The translations under genes were made by a program, and so were the position numbers. A DNA stretch of 42,612 bases from a virus (lineage: Duplodnaviria > Caudoviricetes): IMG/VR virus record IMGVR_UViG_3300049171_000178, positions 1 through 42,612 of that record, one strand, 5' to 3'. The notes below the pieces were generated by a model. That model was not told where the DNA came from. It did not search any database and was given only the letters and a program-made list of their open reading frames with translations. Positions 7,711-16,402 of the stretch are shown piece after piece. Position 1 is the stretch's first letter. Each line of letters begins with the position of its first letter.

Positions 7711-8850
7711 TCACGCGAGCAGCAGAACGTCAGCAAGGAACCCGGCGGTGTGGTCATATCCAGCCGCGTTGAGGTGGAGCGTATCGAAGAACAACCCACG
7801 GGCGCTGGAAGCCGCATAGGTCCCCAGCAGCTCCGCCATGTTGACCACCACACAGTCCTTCTCCGCGGCAAGATCGTAGATAAGGCCGCGCAGAATGACT
7901 TCGAGGGCCTGCGACCCGCCTGACGGCACGACCAGGTGCGGGACCATCAGGACCGCGTCGCCCGAAACCTGGGCGTTCGTGATGATGGTCCGCATGTTAG
8001 CGGTGAAGGTCCCGTCCGTGATGGTCGTCGGCAACGTCCGCACGTCATTGATGCCGAGATTGATGATTGTGAGGTCCGGGGCATAGGTGGCGACGCCAGG
8101 CAGGGGCGCATACCCGACATTCGCTGCGACCCAGATGGCCGCGGTGCTGCCGGAGTGGCCCATGTTCTGCACCCGCACGCTTGGCGCGGCGCTGTTGAAC
8201 ATCTCGAAGCCCGCGATATAGACCGTGCCGGCGCCATCCACCCGATTGATCGCCAGGGAATGCACACCGAGGGGCACGGATATGCTGGTGCTTTGAAGGC
8301 TGTTGGCTCCCGATGTGGCGATTGGGGCGCTCGCCGCGCCGCCATCCACCGAGTGGGTGAACGTGCCCGTCCCGCTGTTGCGGACCCAGTAGATGACGAT
8401 GGTGTCGGCCTGAACCTGCGGCGCCCAGCCTAATGCGCCCGCGCCGTTGGTGCTGCACGAGAACGGATTTCCGCCCGGAGACGGTCCTGCGCTGTTGGCC
8501 CACCCTGTGCCGAGGCTGAGTTGCGGGTTGCCCGTGACAAGGCCGCCGTCCCCGCTGTTGGCCCATACATTCGCGTATGTTGTCTTCAGGCGAGGGTCAC
8601 GCGCGGTCAGCATGGCGGCGAGCTGCGCCGGCATGGAGCGTGCCCGCGCGTCTGTGTACTTCGTCCCGCCCGTGCCTGCGCCGAGACCGGCGGTCGTGCT
8701 GTCGCCGATACAGGCGAGCTTGGGGGACGCCTCGCCCATCCGCGCCTTGGCTCGCGCGACCTTCCAGCGCGGCAGGCTGTCGCGCCGATAGTTGAACACG
8801 CCAGGAGTTGGGTTCTTCGCGAGCGCGAAGGAGACTGCATCGAACGGCAT
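7711..8850 (-). CDS. SGNH/GDSL hydrolase, probably a tail-associated esterase
   Basis: All four blocks: CIGDSTT, NMGHSG, LGIND, DTLHLN. Confidence 0.88.
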   Translation of the reverse strand: MPFDAVSFALAKNPTPGVFNYRRDSLPRWKVARAKARMGEASPKLACIGDSTTAGLGAGTGGTKYTDARARSMPAQLAAMLTARDPRLKTTYANVWANSGDGGLVTGNPQLSLGTGWANSAGPSPGGNPFSCSTNGAGALGWAPQVQADTIVIYWVRNSGTGTFTHSVDGGAASAPIATSGANSLQSTSISVPLGVHSLAINRVDGAGTVYIAGFEMFNSAAPSVRVQNMGHSGSTAAIWVAANVGYAPLPGVATYAPDLTIINLGINDVRTLPTTITDGTFTANMRTIITNAQVSGDAVLMVPHLVVPSGGSQALEVILRGLIYDLAAEKDCVVVNMAELLGTYAASSARGLFFDTLHLNAAGYDHTAGFLADVLLLA

Positions 8851-8853
8851 GGC

Positions 8854-9345
8854 TCAGAACTCCCCCGCCGAAACCTGCGCGCCGGCCGCGCCATAGACGC
8901 GGATGCGGCCGAAGAAGACGGCGCTGGACCAGTCCGCGCCCTGCGCATTCGCGCCGACCCCTGTGAGCTTGCGGTGCCAAACCTGCGTGTCGTCGCCCTT
9001 GTCGCCCACCAGCGTCAGGTTCCCGGCTGACTGGTTCTCCACGAAGGCGAAGGCGCGGGCTGCGTTGGCTGGGATGGTCAGCAGCAGCGTGCCCAGCGTG
9101 CCGACCGCTGGCAGGTTCTCGGCGAAGCTGGTGCCGGTGCTGCCGGCCGAGCGGACCGGCAGAGGCGCCGCGCGCAACTGCGTATCCGTGAGTGCGCCGG
9201 TCACGGGAAGTGGATTGGAGCCACTGACGGCCGCCCCGCCCACCTCAGGCACGGAGCGCGGCGTGCGGACGTCGCCGGTCTGCTCCTGGGCAACACTCAC
9301 CAGGTTGCCGCCCGCATCGCGGACGGACATCGAAGTCGATGCCAT
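8854..9345 (-). CDS. Hypothetical virion/receptor-binding module protein (163 aa)
   Basis: AAGGA RBS; beta-rich; tightly packed between fibre genes and the SGNH gene. Confidence 0.7.
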   Translation of the reverse strand: MASTSMSVRDAGGNLVSVAQEQTGDVRTPRSVPEVGGAAVSGSNPLPVTGALTDTQLRAAPLPVRSAGSTGTSFAENLPAVGTLGTLLLTIPANAARAFAFVENQSAGNLTLVGDKGDDTQVWHRKLTGVGANAQGADWSSAVFFGRIRVYGAAGAQVSAGEF

Positions 9346-9357
9346 GTGGGGTATCCT

Positions 9358-10095
9358 TTAGATGACGGTCAGGAGCGCCGAGTTGCGCGGATCGGTGAAG
9401 TCGGTGATGGGGAGGCCGAGAGCGCCGGCGATGGTCGAGGGGCTGAGCAGCGCGAGGGCCTGCGCAAGAGCGGCATCCACCGCCTGGCGCGACTGCTCCA
9501 CGGCCCGGGCGTCCCAGCCCACCTCCTCGGCGATGGGTTGGACCACCTCCGTGGCTGCATCCAGAACCACCTGGCCGGGGAGTGCCTTGGTCACACCCTC
9601 CGGCGTGACGTAGGGCAGCTTCCCTCCGGCTGCGAGCGCCTCGCTTGCAGACAGCTTGTCGATCCGGACGGCGCTGAGCACCCCGCCCGTGCCGGTGGTC
9701 AGTGCGGAGCCGTCTCCGGAGACCCACATCGCGCCGGCGGGCGCCATCTCGTCGCCCGGGCCCGCGAACACGTCGAAGAAGAGCCAGTCGAGCTTAACCG
9801 CCGGCTCCGCCGACATTGCCCGGACCGCCCACCGTCCGACCTGGTCCACCTCCCACTTGCTCCGCCAGAAGGGTGCCGGCGTTCCCGCGTCCGGGATGCC
9901 GGGCGTGGTGAACTCGATGAAATCTGGCCCGCGCCACAGGAACTCCACGCCATCGACCTGCCGCGGCGCGCGGACGACATTCAGGAACTGCGCCACGGCA
10001 TCGGCCGTGTCGCCGATCCAGACCCGGCCGAGACGGTTCTGCAGCGTCCCGGCCGGGTCCAGTGCGACCGAAGCGGAGAAGGCATTCATGGGCAC
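9358..10095 (-). CDS. Hypothetical tail appendage/adaptor protein (245 aa)
   Basis: Synteny after the fibre chaperone; beta-rich N-terminus and helical C-terminus. Confidence 0.65.
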   Translation of the reverse strand: MPMNAFSASVALDPAGTLQNRLGRVWIGDTADAVAQFLNVVRAPRQVDGVEFLWRGPDFIEFTTPGIPDAGTPAPFWRSKWEVDQVGRWAVRAMSAEPAVKLDWLFFDVFAGPGDEMAPAGAMWVSGDGSALTTGTGGVLSAVRIDKLSASEALAAGGKLPYVTPEGVTKALPGQVVLDAATEVVQPIAEEVGWDARAVEQSRQAVDAALAQALALLSPSTIAGALGLPITDFTDPRNSALLTVI

Positions 10096-10160
10096 CTCGC
10101 ATGCGGTATCGCCGCGCAGCCTGGAGGCGCGCGGTTGTCAGGCGGACGGATGGGGAGCGG

Positions 10161-10595
10161 CTAGAGAGCCGCTGCGACCGTGAAGAGCGCGTCCAACTGC
10201 GCGTCGGTCAGCGGGACGTTCGCAGCCAGGCCTTGGACCAGTGCGCTGCCGCGGTCGATCGTCGTCGCGTATTCCCACTCCAGCTGCGCTGCTCGATCGG
10301 CAGCAGCAACCGCCGCATCCACCTGATCCAGCAGACCGGCCTGCAGCAGAGCAAGTCGAGCCTGGCGGGCAGTGATGGAAGCTGGAACGGGCGGAGGTCC
10401 AGAAGGGGGCGCTGGCGGCGTCACGGCCTCTGGTTTCCCGCCTTCGCCGGGCCGGATGACCTGCCCTGCCGCCTGCGCTGCGAACAGCGCCGCATGCTCC
10501 TCTGCGGTAATTTCCACCACATCAGAGGGGATATCGTTTCCGTGGATCGCCTGCACGAAGAAGCTGCCGACGCTCGGGCTGTACAAGACGGTCAT
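10161..10595 (-). CDS. Tail fibre assembly chaperone-like protein
   Basis: N-terminus YSPS..SFF...IHG..IPSDVVEIT.EEH..L..AQ..G..I is typical; start reset to ATG 10595 with GAGGGG RBS. Confidence 0.75.
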   Translation of the reverse strand: MTVLYSPSVGSFFVQAIHGNDIPSDVVEITAEEHAALFAAQAAGQVIRPGEGGKPEAVTPPAPPSGPPPVPASITARQARLALLQAGLLDQVDAAVAAADRAAQLEWEYATTIDRGSALVQGLAANVPLTDAQLDALFTVAAAL

Positions 10596-10605
10596 GGGTG
10601 TCCCC

Positions 10606-11139
10606 TCAGTGTCCGATCGCTTGCCAGTAGAAGGCTCCAGCCGCAGTGCCCTGATGGCGCGCTTGCATCTTGAACCGGTCCACGACGTGCCCTGCGATCG
10701 GCCAGGGCGCATCGCCAGGAGAAGCGCCGGTCGTGCCGTGATCCGTGACGCTCACGTTGAGGCAGGCCGTGGGAAACGCGATCGGGAAGCTGATCTCGAC
10801 GCCAAAGTCGGATACGGTGACGCCGGCCCCCCACTGCATGATCAGCCCCCCCGCGAGCCGCATGTATCCAGGGGCGGTGAGGGAGCCGGTGCCGCCGAAC
10901 ATGGCGCGCAGGGCCGCTATGATCTGATTGTTGACGGTACCCGCCGTATCCGGAGCGATCTCGGCAGCGCCAAGGATGGCCAGGAACTCATCTTGCATCA
11001 TGTTCAGCCACCAGTCCGGCACAACCGTCGCCGGCACACCGGCGCCCGGATTGCCGTTGGTGAAGTAGCCTTCAATGCCGGTCAGCGCCGGCACCGCCGG
11101 CCGCGAGGCTACCGCCGTTGGTCCTTTGATCAGCCTCAT
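10606..11139 (-). CDS. Short tail fibre protein
   Basis: N-terminal FTNGNP..GVPAT.V...WLN..QDE baseplate anchor; C-terminal GY.RL.GGLIMQWG...FPIAFP. Confidence 0.85.
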   Translation of the reverse strand: MRLIKGPTAVASRPAVPALTGIEGYFTNGNPGAGVPATVVPDWWLNMMQDEFLAILGAAEIAPDTAGTVNNQIIAALRAMFGGTGSLTAPGYMRLAGGLIMQWGAGVTVSDFGVEISFPIAFPTACLNVSVTDHGTTGASPGDAPWPIAGHVVDRFKMQARHQGTAAGAFYWQAIGH

Positions 11140-11140
11140 A

Positions 11141-11743
11141 TCAGCTCCTGTATGCGAAGATCAGGTTGGTGTGGGCGGGCTTGATGCGTGACAGCACGCA
11201 TTCCAGGACCTCGTTGCCCCATGCCGCGAGCGGCTCACCGGCGGAGGAGCCGCCTGCCACGAAGTAGGTGACGGTCACCTCAGGGGCGTGCACGCGCCAT
11301 GCGTGCGCCCAGGCCTCGCCGTAGAGCGGATCGCCCGCGCTGAAGACGCCAGCCCGCGACGGCGCGAACTCTTCGATCTCGATCGCGTAGCCCAGTGCCG
11401 CCGCCACGCTGACGAAGTAGGGGATGGACTGCCCGCCGACCGCGATCAGCTTCGCAACTACCTGTGCCTGCCGCTGCTGCAGCGTAGGCGCCAGGCCGGA
11501 GCAGGCGTCGGGCAGGCCGACCGTCCGCTCCCAATCGGGGAGCAACTCCACGGTGCTCCTGGGGAACGCGTCCACCAGCAGCGCCACTCCGCGCTCGTCC
11601 AGCCGCTGAGCCGTGGGCGCCAGTCCGCGGGCAACGGTCGCGAGGGTGCTGTCCGGATCGCGCGGCCAGATCCTTCCGCGAGGCAGCAGCGAGAGAAGCG
11701 CGGCGACATAGGCCGCGACCGAGCGCGCCTGATACCCGACCAC
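11141..11743 (-). CDS. Baseplate wedge protein (Mu gp48/YmfQ/DUF2313-like)
   Basis: LLPRGRIW, LLPDWERTVGLPD, GGQSIPYF, LEC...IKPAHT motifs; synteny. Confidence 0.88.
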   Translation of the reverse strand: MVGYQARSVAAYVAALLSLLPRGRIWPRDPDSTLATVARGLAPTAQRLDERGVALLVDAFPRSTVELLPDWERTVGLPDACSGLAPTLQQRQAQVVAKLIAVGGQSIPYFVSVAAALGYAIEIEEFAPSRAGVFSAGDPLYGEAWAHAWRVHAPEVTVTYFVAGGSSAGEPLAAWGNEVLECVLSRIKPAHTNLIFAYRS

Positions 11744-11746
11744 GGG

Positions 11747-12862
11747 TCAGGTCCAGCTCAGCAGGCCCAGGACGGGCAGCGCGCCATCCGGGGCGGTGAT
11801 AGCGGTGGTCGGGAATGCCAGCGTGAAGCGCTCCACGCCCGACGCCGCGTCGACCGCCGCCGCGATTTCTGAGGGATAGATCGTGCCGCCGGGCGTGCCC
11901 CGCAGGCGGAACATGGCGACCAGTGATGCCTGCACGGCTGCCCGGATCTCGGGGGTGTCTCCCTGCATGTCTTCGATCGTCACGGTGATGCCGTAGGGCG
12001 ACGGCGCCGCCGCATAGACCAGGGCCGTCGCCGGACGGAGCGGGAAGATGTGGTTCGCGACGGCAAGCTGGTTGCCGGTCGCGGCCGTGTCCCGGGGCTC
12101 ATCCGTTGCCACACCGTCCGTGCCCTGGGGGAAGCCGTCGTCATCGGCGTTCGCGGCATCCATCATGAAGCGGACCACCACCGTCCCCGGGCCCATCCCG
12201 TTCGGGCTCACCCAGGCGCGGGTGACGCCAGGCACCTGCAGCGCCCAGACGGCATAGTCCCCCGCCGCGCCGCCCTGCGCCGGCTCGGCATAGGCCAGCA
12301 GCATGCGCGTCAGGAACTCGTCGCTATCGACATCCTCCGCCGCCGCGCCGCCCGTCAGAGGGCCATCTGCGACGCCAGAGGAAGCGATGCCGGCGACCGA
12401 TGTGGTCAGCACCAGCGCGGCACCCGCCGGCGCGTTGCCGGCCGGCCCTGCGGTCGTGGCGGTCATGGGAACTGATACAGTGCCATCGCCGGCCACGGTG
12501 GCGCCGGCGGTGACCAGGTAGGCCGCGCTGCCATCCGCAAGGCGAACGCCGGTTCCGGTCGGCAGGGGTGCACCAGCAGCCCCGACGAAGGTGGCCGTGC
12601 CAGCCGCATAGGTGGCTTCCTTCGGGAAGACACCCTTCAGGGCTGCCCAGGCCGCGCGGTTCTCCCCCGTCGAGGTGGCTGGAATGGCTTGCCGGGCGAT
12701 CCAGTCGAGGTAGCCGTAGAGCCCCTGCACGAGGCCTGCCAAGGCGGTCCCCATAGCGAATTCGGGGCGCCACCGCAGCACCGCACGCAGCCCCATATTC
12801 TGGGCAAGGTCGGTCAAAGCCTGCCGGATCAGATCCGACTTGCTGGGACGGGCGAAAGGCAT
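11747..12862 (-). CDS. Baseplate J-like protein (Mu gp47)
   Basis: LYGYLDWIARQ, G.AGN, QGGA..DY..WAL.VPGVTRAWV, G.GTVVV motifs. Confidence 0.92.
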   Translation of the reverse strand: MPFARPSKSDLIRQALTDLAQNMGLRAVLRWRPEFAMGTALAGLVQGLYGYLDWIARQAIPATSTGENRAAWAALKGVFPKEATYAAGTATFVGAAGAPLPTGTGVRLADGSAAYLVTAGATVAGDGTVSVPMTATTAGPAGNAPAGAALVLTTSVAGIASSGVADGPLTGGAAAEDVDSDEFLTRMLLAYAEPAQGGAAGDYAVWALQVPGVTRAWVSPNGMGPGTVVVRFMMDAANADDDGFPQGTDGVATDEPRDTAATGNQLAVANHIFPLRPATALVYAAAPSPYGITVTIEDMQGDTPEIRAAVQASLVAMFRLRGTPGGTIYPSEIAAAVDAASGVERFTLAFPTTAITAPDGALPVLGLLSWT

Positions 12863-12865
12863 GCT

Positions 12866-13312
12866 TCAGGCTCCCTGCCAGGCCCACTCGAAACGAAGGT
12901 CGGTGCGGCGGCCATCGCGATGGATCACGACTGGCCGGATCACCATGAAGGTCGGCCCGGCCCACTCGGCGGTGACGTCCACCCTGGCGGCCACGCCATC
13001 CTCGATCAGCCACGCCAGCGCTTCCCGGGTGTATTCCTCGGCGCGCCGCAGGGTCTCGGGCAGCCGCTTCGAGCGGTCCAGGAGCCAAAGGCGGCTGCCG
13101 ATCGGCTTTTCGGCATAGGTGTCCGCCCACCAGCCGCGGCGGTCGTCGGTGCCGTCGGTCAGGGCGTCGTCGGGCTTCGCGCGGCGGTCGGTGAAGAGGC
13201 TGACCCAGATGGCCGCCTCAAGGTCCCCCGCGAGCGCCAGGTTGCCGTCGGCATCGCGGCCCCAGTCGCCACGCCCGGTGCCGTTGTCCCAGGCGATCGC
13301 GACGGTGCTCAT
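12866..13312 (-). CDS. Baseplate protein (Mu gp46)
   Basis: SLFTDRRA, RRGWWAD, IGSRLWLL, AEEY.REALAWL.EDG. Confidence 0.93.
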   Translation of the reverse strand: MSTVAIAWDNGTGRGDWGRDADGNLALAGDLEAAIWVSLFTDRRAKPDDALTDGTDDRRGWWADTYAEKPIGSRLWLLDRSKRLPETLRRAEEYTREALAWLIEDGVAARVDVTAEWAGPTFMVIRPVVIHRDGRRTDLRFEWAWQGA

Positions 13313-13803
13313 CGCGGCGGCCCCGTGACGCCACCGCCGGGCCCACGCTCGTCGTGGTCATGGGTGAGGAAGGGCTTGCCGCCAATGACGACATCCCCGG
13401 TCACGGTCAGCAAGGGCGTGTCCATCTCGATCTGAACGGCCGCCTTGATCGCGATCCTCCCGTCGAGCTTGAGGTGCACATGGCTCCCGTCATGGGTGTG
13501 CAGCGCGACCTCCCCCTCGGCGAGGGTGATGGTGAAGCGCCCGTCATCCGTGGCGATCACGACGCCAGCGCCGCGGTTGCCACCCAGGAACAGCACGGCC
13601 GCGTCAGCGCCCGGCCGAGGGCGGGACGTAAGCCCGTAGACGGAGAGGATGGGCGTGTCGTCCCGGACCTCCCCGGTGTTGGGGAACTGAACCTGGGCCG
13701 TGAGCGTGCCACGCCCCTTGCCCCGGCCGGTGCTCGTCGTGGTGATCCGACCGATGCCGAAGAGCATGCCGACGCGCGTCGTAAGATTGCGTAGGGCAGT
13801 CAT
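13309..13803 (-). CDS. Baseplate spike (Mu gp45/gpV-like)
   Basis: YGLTSRP..GA, GEVALH motifs; C-terminal HxH (HDHDE) metal tip. Confidence 0.88.
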   Translation of the reverse strand: MTALRNLTTRVGMLFGIGRITTTSTGRGKGRGTLTAQVQFPNTGEVRDDTPILSVYGLTSRPRPGADAAVLFLGGNRGAGVVIATDDGRFTITLAEGEVALHTHDGSHVHLKLDGRIAIKAAVQIEMDTPLLTVTGDVVIGGKPFLTHDHDERGPGGGVTGPPR

Positions 13804-15041
13804 AGGCCTGGCCCCTCACCGGCGCGCGGGTTGACGGTCGGCGACTGGGCGGCGGCCGCGGCAATCTGGAAGTCGAAGGGCAGATACGGCACATACTGCG
13901 GGTCGAAGGCCGCCGGCGGCATCAGCATCAGCTCGGCTGATGTGCCTCCCGCGCCGCGGCGGTAGATCACCTCGCCGATGATCCACGATGCCGCTCGGAC
14001 CTTGCAGGATGCCACCATCACCGTCACGAGGCGGTTCGGCTTCCACAGCTCCCCAGCGCTGTCCCTCCAGGTGTCAATCCGGGCCGTCAGAACCTCGGCG
14101 CGGCCGCGTCGGCGGGCGGCTTCCCATTCGGCGCGCTGCTTTGCCAGGACGATGGGATCGTCTGGCCCGGCATGTTCGAGGATCATCGAGAGGCGCCGCA
14201 GCCGCTTCACCCCTTCATCCGTCGCCGTACCGGCGGGTGCCGCTACCCCGGAACTGCCCGCCGCCTGGTCGCCCTGGAAGAGCGGAGTGGTGGAGAGCAG
14301 ATGCACCCGGTACTCGCTGTACCGGTTGTCCGCCCCGAAGGTGCCAGTCGCCGCAAGGAGGTTGTCACCCTCGCGCACGCCGCTGGCATGCGCCTCGGTC
14401 CCAACCGGCGACAGCACGAGGTTGCCCTCCTCATCGTCGTAGCAAAGGAACCGGGCGAAGCGGCATAGCCGCTCAATCACGTCGAAGGGGGTGTCCCCGA
14501 AGAGCAGGTTGAACTGCGGGATGACGGGGCCGTCGCCCTTCGGCGCGGAGACCGTGATGCCGTAGGGTGCCGCCAGCACTTCGGCGATGGCCCGCACCGT
14601 CAGGCCGCTCAGCTGGTGGTTCTCGATGATGGCGGAGCAGTCCACCAGGTCCTGGCACTTCGACCGACCCATGATGGCGACCCGATGGGTCGCCGCGTCG
14701 ATCGAAGGCACGTAGCGGTCGACATAGCCGGTCAAGACGGTGTCGCGTCCGATCCTGACCACGCAGGAGGCGCCCGGCTCGATGATCAGCCCCTCAGCCT
14801 CACCGGGGAGGCGCTCGGTCAGGCTGATGGTGAAGCTGGACGGCATGCGCTCGCAGCTGCGGGCGATGACAATATCGTCCCAGCCGCGCCAGATGCGTCC
14901 GTCGACCAGGAGCGAAAGCTCGTCGTCGTTCACCTCTCCGGGTGGCGGAGGCGGAGGCAAGGGAAGGTCCTGTTCCGGGGTAACGACGACCTCCGGCACT
15001 TCAAGAACGGACGCGCCGCCACCTGCCGTTTCCGACATCAT
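13800..15041 (-). CDS. Baseplate hub protein (Mu gp44/P-like)
   Basis: GW..I.I.RS.E, VLTGYVD, GRSK..DLVDCSA, RYSEY.V, LWKPN.LV. Confidence 0.9.
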   Translation of the reverse strand: MMSETAGGGASVLEVPEVVVTPEQDLPLPPPPPPGEVNDDELSLLVDGRIWRGWDDIVIARSCERMPSSFTISLTERLPGEAEGLIIEPGASCVVRIGRDTVLTGYVDRYVPSIDAATHRVAIMGRSKCQDLVDCSAIIENHQLSGLTVRAIAEVLAAPYGITVSAPKGDGPVIPQFNLLFGDTPFDVIERLCRFARFLCYDDEEGNLVLSPVGTEAHASGVREGDNLLAATGTFGADNRYSEYRVHLLSTTPLFQGDQAAGSSGVAAPAGTATDEGVKRLRRLSMILEHAGPDDPIVLAKQRAEWEAARRRGRAEVLTARIDTWRDSAGELWKPNRLVTVMVASCKVRAASWIIGEVIYRRGAGGTSAELMLMPPAAFDPQYVPYLPFDFQIAAAAAQSPTVNPRAGEGPGL

Positions 15042-15083
15042 CCGCCCCCCGCTGTTGATATCCCGCGTCCAGATCAGTCGGAT

Positions 15084-15614
15084 CTAGCGTGCCAGTCCCC
15101 TGAACCGCTCCGGCATGAAGAGCGGGTTCGGCGGGTCGCCCGCCATCTGGACGATCTCATCTTCTCGCGCCGCCGTGCCGTAGAAGCGCTGCGCCAGGAC
15201 CAGCGCCGGCAGGCTCGCCTTCATCTCGAGGTCGCGCAGAGGCGACAGGCTCGCCCCGCGGCTGGTCAGATCGCGATCGACCGCCCCTCGCAGAGTCCGG
15301 AGGGCGGCCACCACGCCGTCCTCCCCAGCGTCGGCCGCCAAGGTCTCCTCGACTTCGATCAGGCCGCAGACACCATCACGAAGAGCGACCGCCTCATCGT
15401 AAGACCGTGGCTGGCATTCCGATGCGGCCCGGGCGAGTGAGGCCAGAGCCGCGCGGCGCCCAAAGGACGCCAGCGCTGCCGATCCATCCGGTGGCATGGG
15501 CACTCCCGCCAGGGCAGTCAGCACCCGCACGCGGTCGAACGGGTCCAGCGATGCCTCGGCCAGGCCCGCGACCAGATCTTTCATCGCTGCCAGGAGTTCG
15601 GCGGGCGTGCTCAC
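15084..15614 (-). CDS. C-terminal half of Mu gpN-like DNA circularisation/tail protein
   Basis: L..RGASL..L...LPALVLAQRFYG.AAREDEIV....PNPLFMP ending. Confidence 0.75.
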   Translation of the reverse strand: MSTPAELLAAMKDLVAGLAEASLDPFDRVRVLTALAGVPMPPDGSAALASFGRRAALASLARAASECQPRSYDEAVALRDGVCGLIEVEETLAADAGEDGVVAALRTLRGAVDRDLTSRGASLSPLRDLEMKASLPALVLAQRFYGTAAREDEIVQMAGDPPNPLFMPERFRGLAR

Positions 15615-16402
15615 AGCTTCTGCACCAGCGAGGTCATCTTATCGCCAAGGCGCGAGACATTGGCGCGCGAGCCGTTGATGCGGGAGAGGACGGAGGACAC
15701 GCGGCTCGTCATGCTAGTGGCGGAGCCCAGTGTCCTACCGATCCGGCTGGTGCCGGCGTTGATGTAGCGCCCGAGGTTCCCGAGGCCAGGGACAGCCCCG
15801 ACGACGGCCCCCACGCTTCGGACCGCACCCATCGCGCTGTTCACGTAGCTCCTCACCGCCGCGACGTAGGACCGTGCTGTCGTCGCGATGCGCTGCGTTC
15901 CCTCGTAGCCATCCCTGAGGGTGTCGATGATCCCCCTCTCGGAACTCTCCGCGGCAGCCTCCTCCAGCGCCCCAGCAGCACCGGCCACGTCCGCTCTGCC
16001 GTCGGTCGCGCTGGTGGGGAAGCGGCGCTCGCCGGTCTCCACGAACTCCATCGTCAGCTTGACGACACGGCCATGGTCCCAGGCGTCAGCGGAGCTGAGC
16101 GCCATCAGCGTGACGTCGAGGTCGCCCCGGAGCGGATGGACGAGCGGCCCGGACCCTTTCTCCTCGGCCGCGGCCTGGAAGGCGTCGAGCTGATCCGCGA
16201 CGTCGTCGCCGATCAGGTATCCCTTGACCAGGATCGCCCGGGTGCGGCGGCCGAGGTCCTCGGCCCAGGGCTCGTCGCGAAACGGGTACTCGTGCAGGTG
16301 CACCCGCCGCCCCGCCAGGGCCTCTGCGGACTGCACCTGGAACAACAGGCCGCGCCAGGAGGCGGGGCGGAGGCTGGCGCGCCAGCTGGTCTGCCGGCTC
16401 AT
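15611..16402 (-). CDS. DNA circularisation N-terminal domain protein (Mu gpN-like)
   Basis: WR.SLRPASWRG..F, GRRVHLHEYPFRDEPWAEDLGR, G.LVHP..G. Confidence 0.9.
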   Translation of the reverse strand: MSRQTSWRASLRPASWRGLLFQVQSAEALAGRRVHLHEYPFRDEPWAEDLGRRTRAILVKGYLIGDDVADQLDAFQAAAEEKGSGPLVHPLRGDLDVTLMALSSADAWDHGRVVKLTMEFVETGERRFPTSATDGRADVAGAAGALEEAAAESSERGIIDTLRDGYEGTQRIATTARSYVAAVRSYVNSAMGAVRSVGAVVGAVPGLGNLGRYINAGTSRIGRTLGSATSMTSRVSSVLSRINGSRANVSRLGDKMTSLVQKL

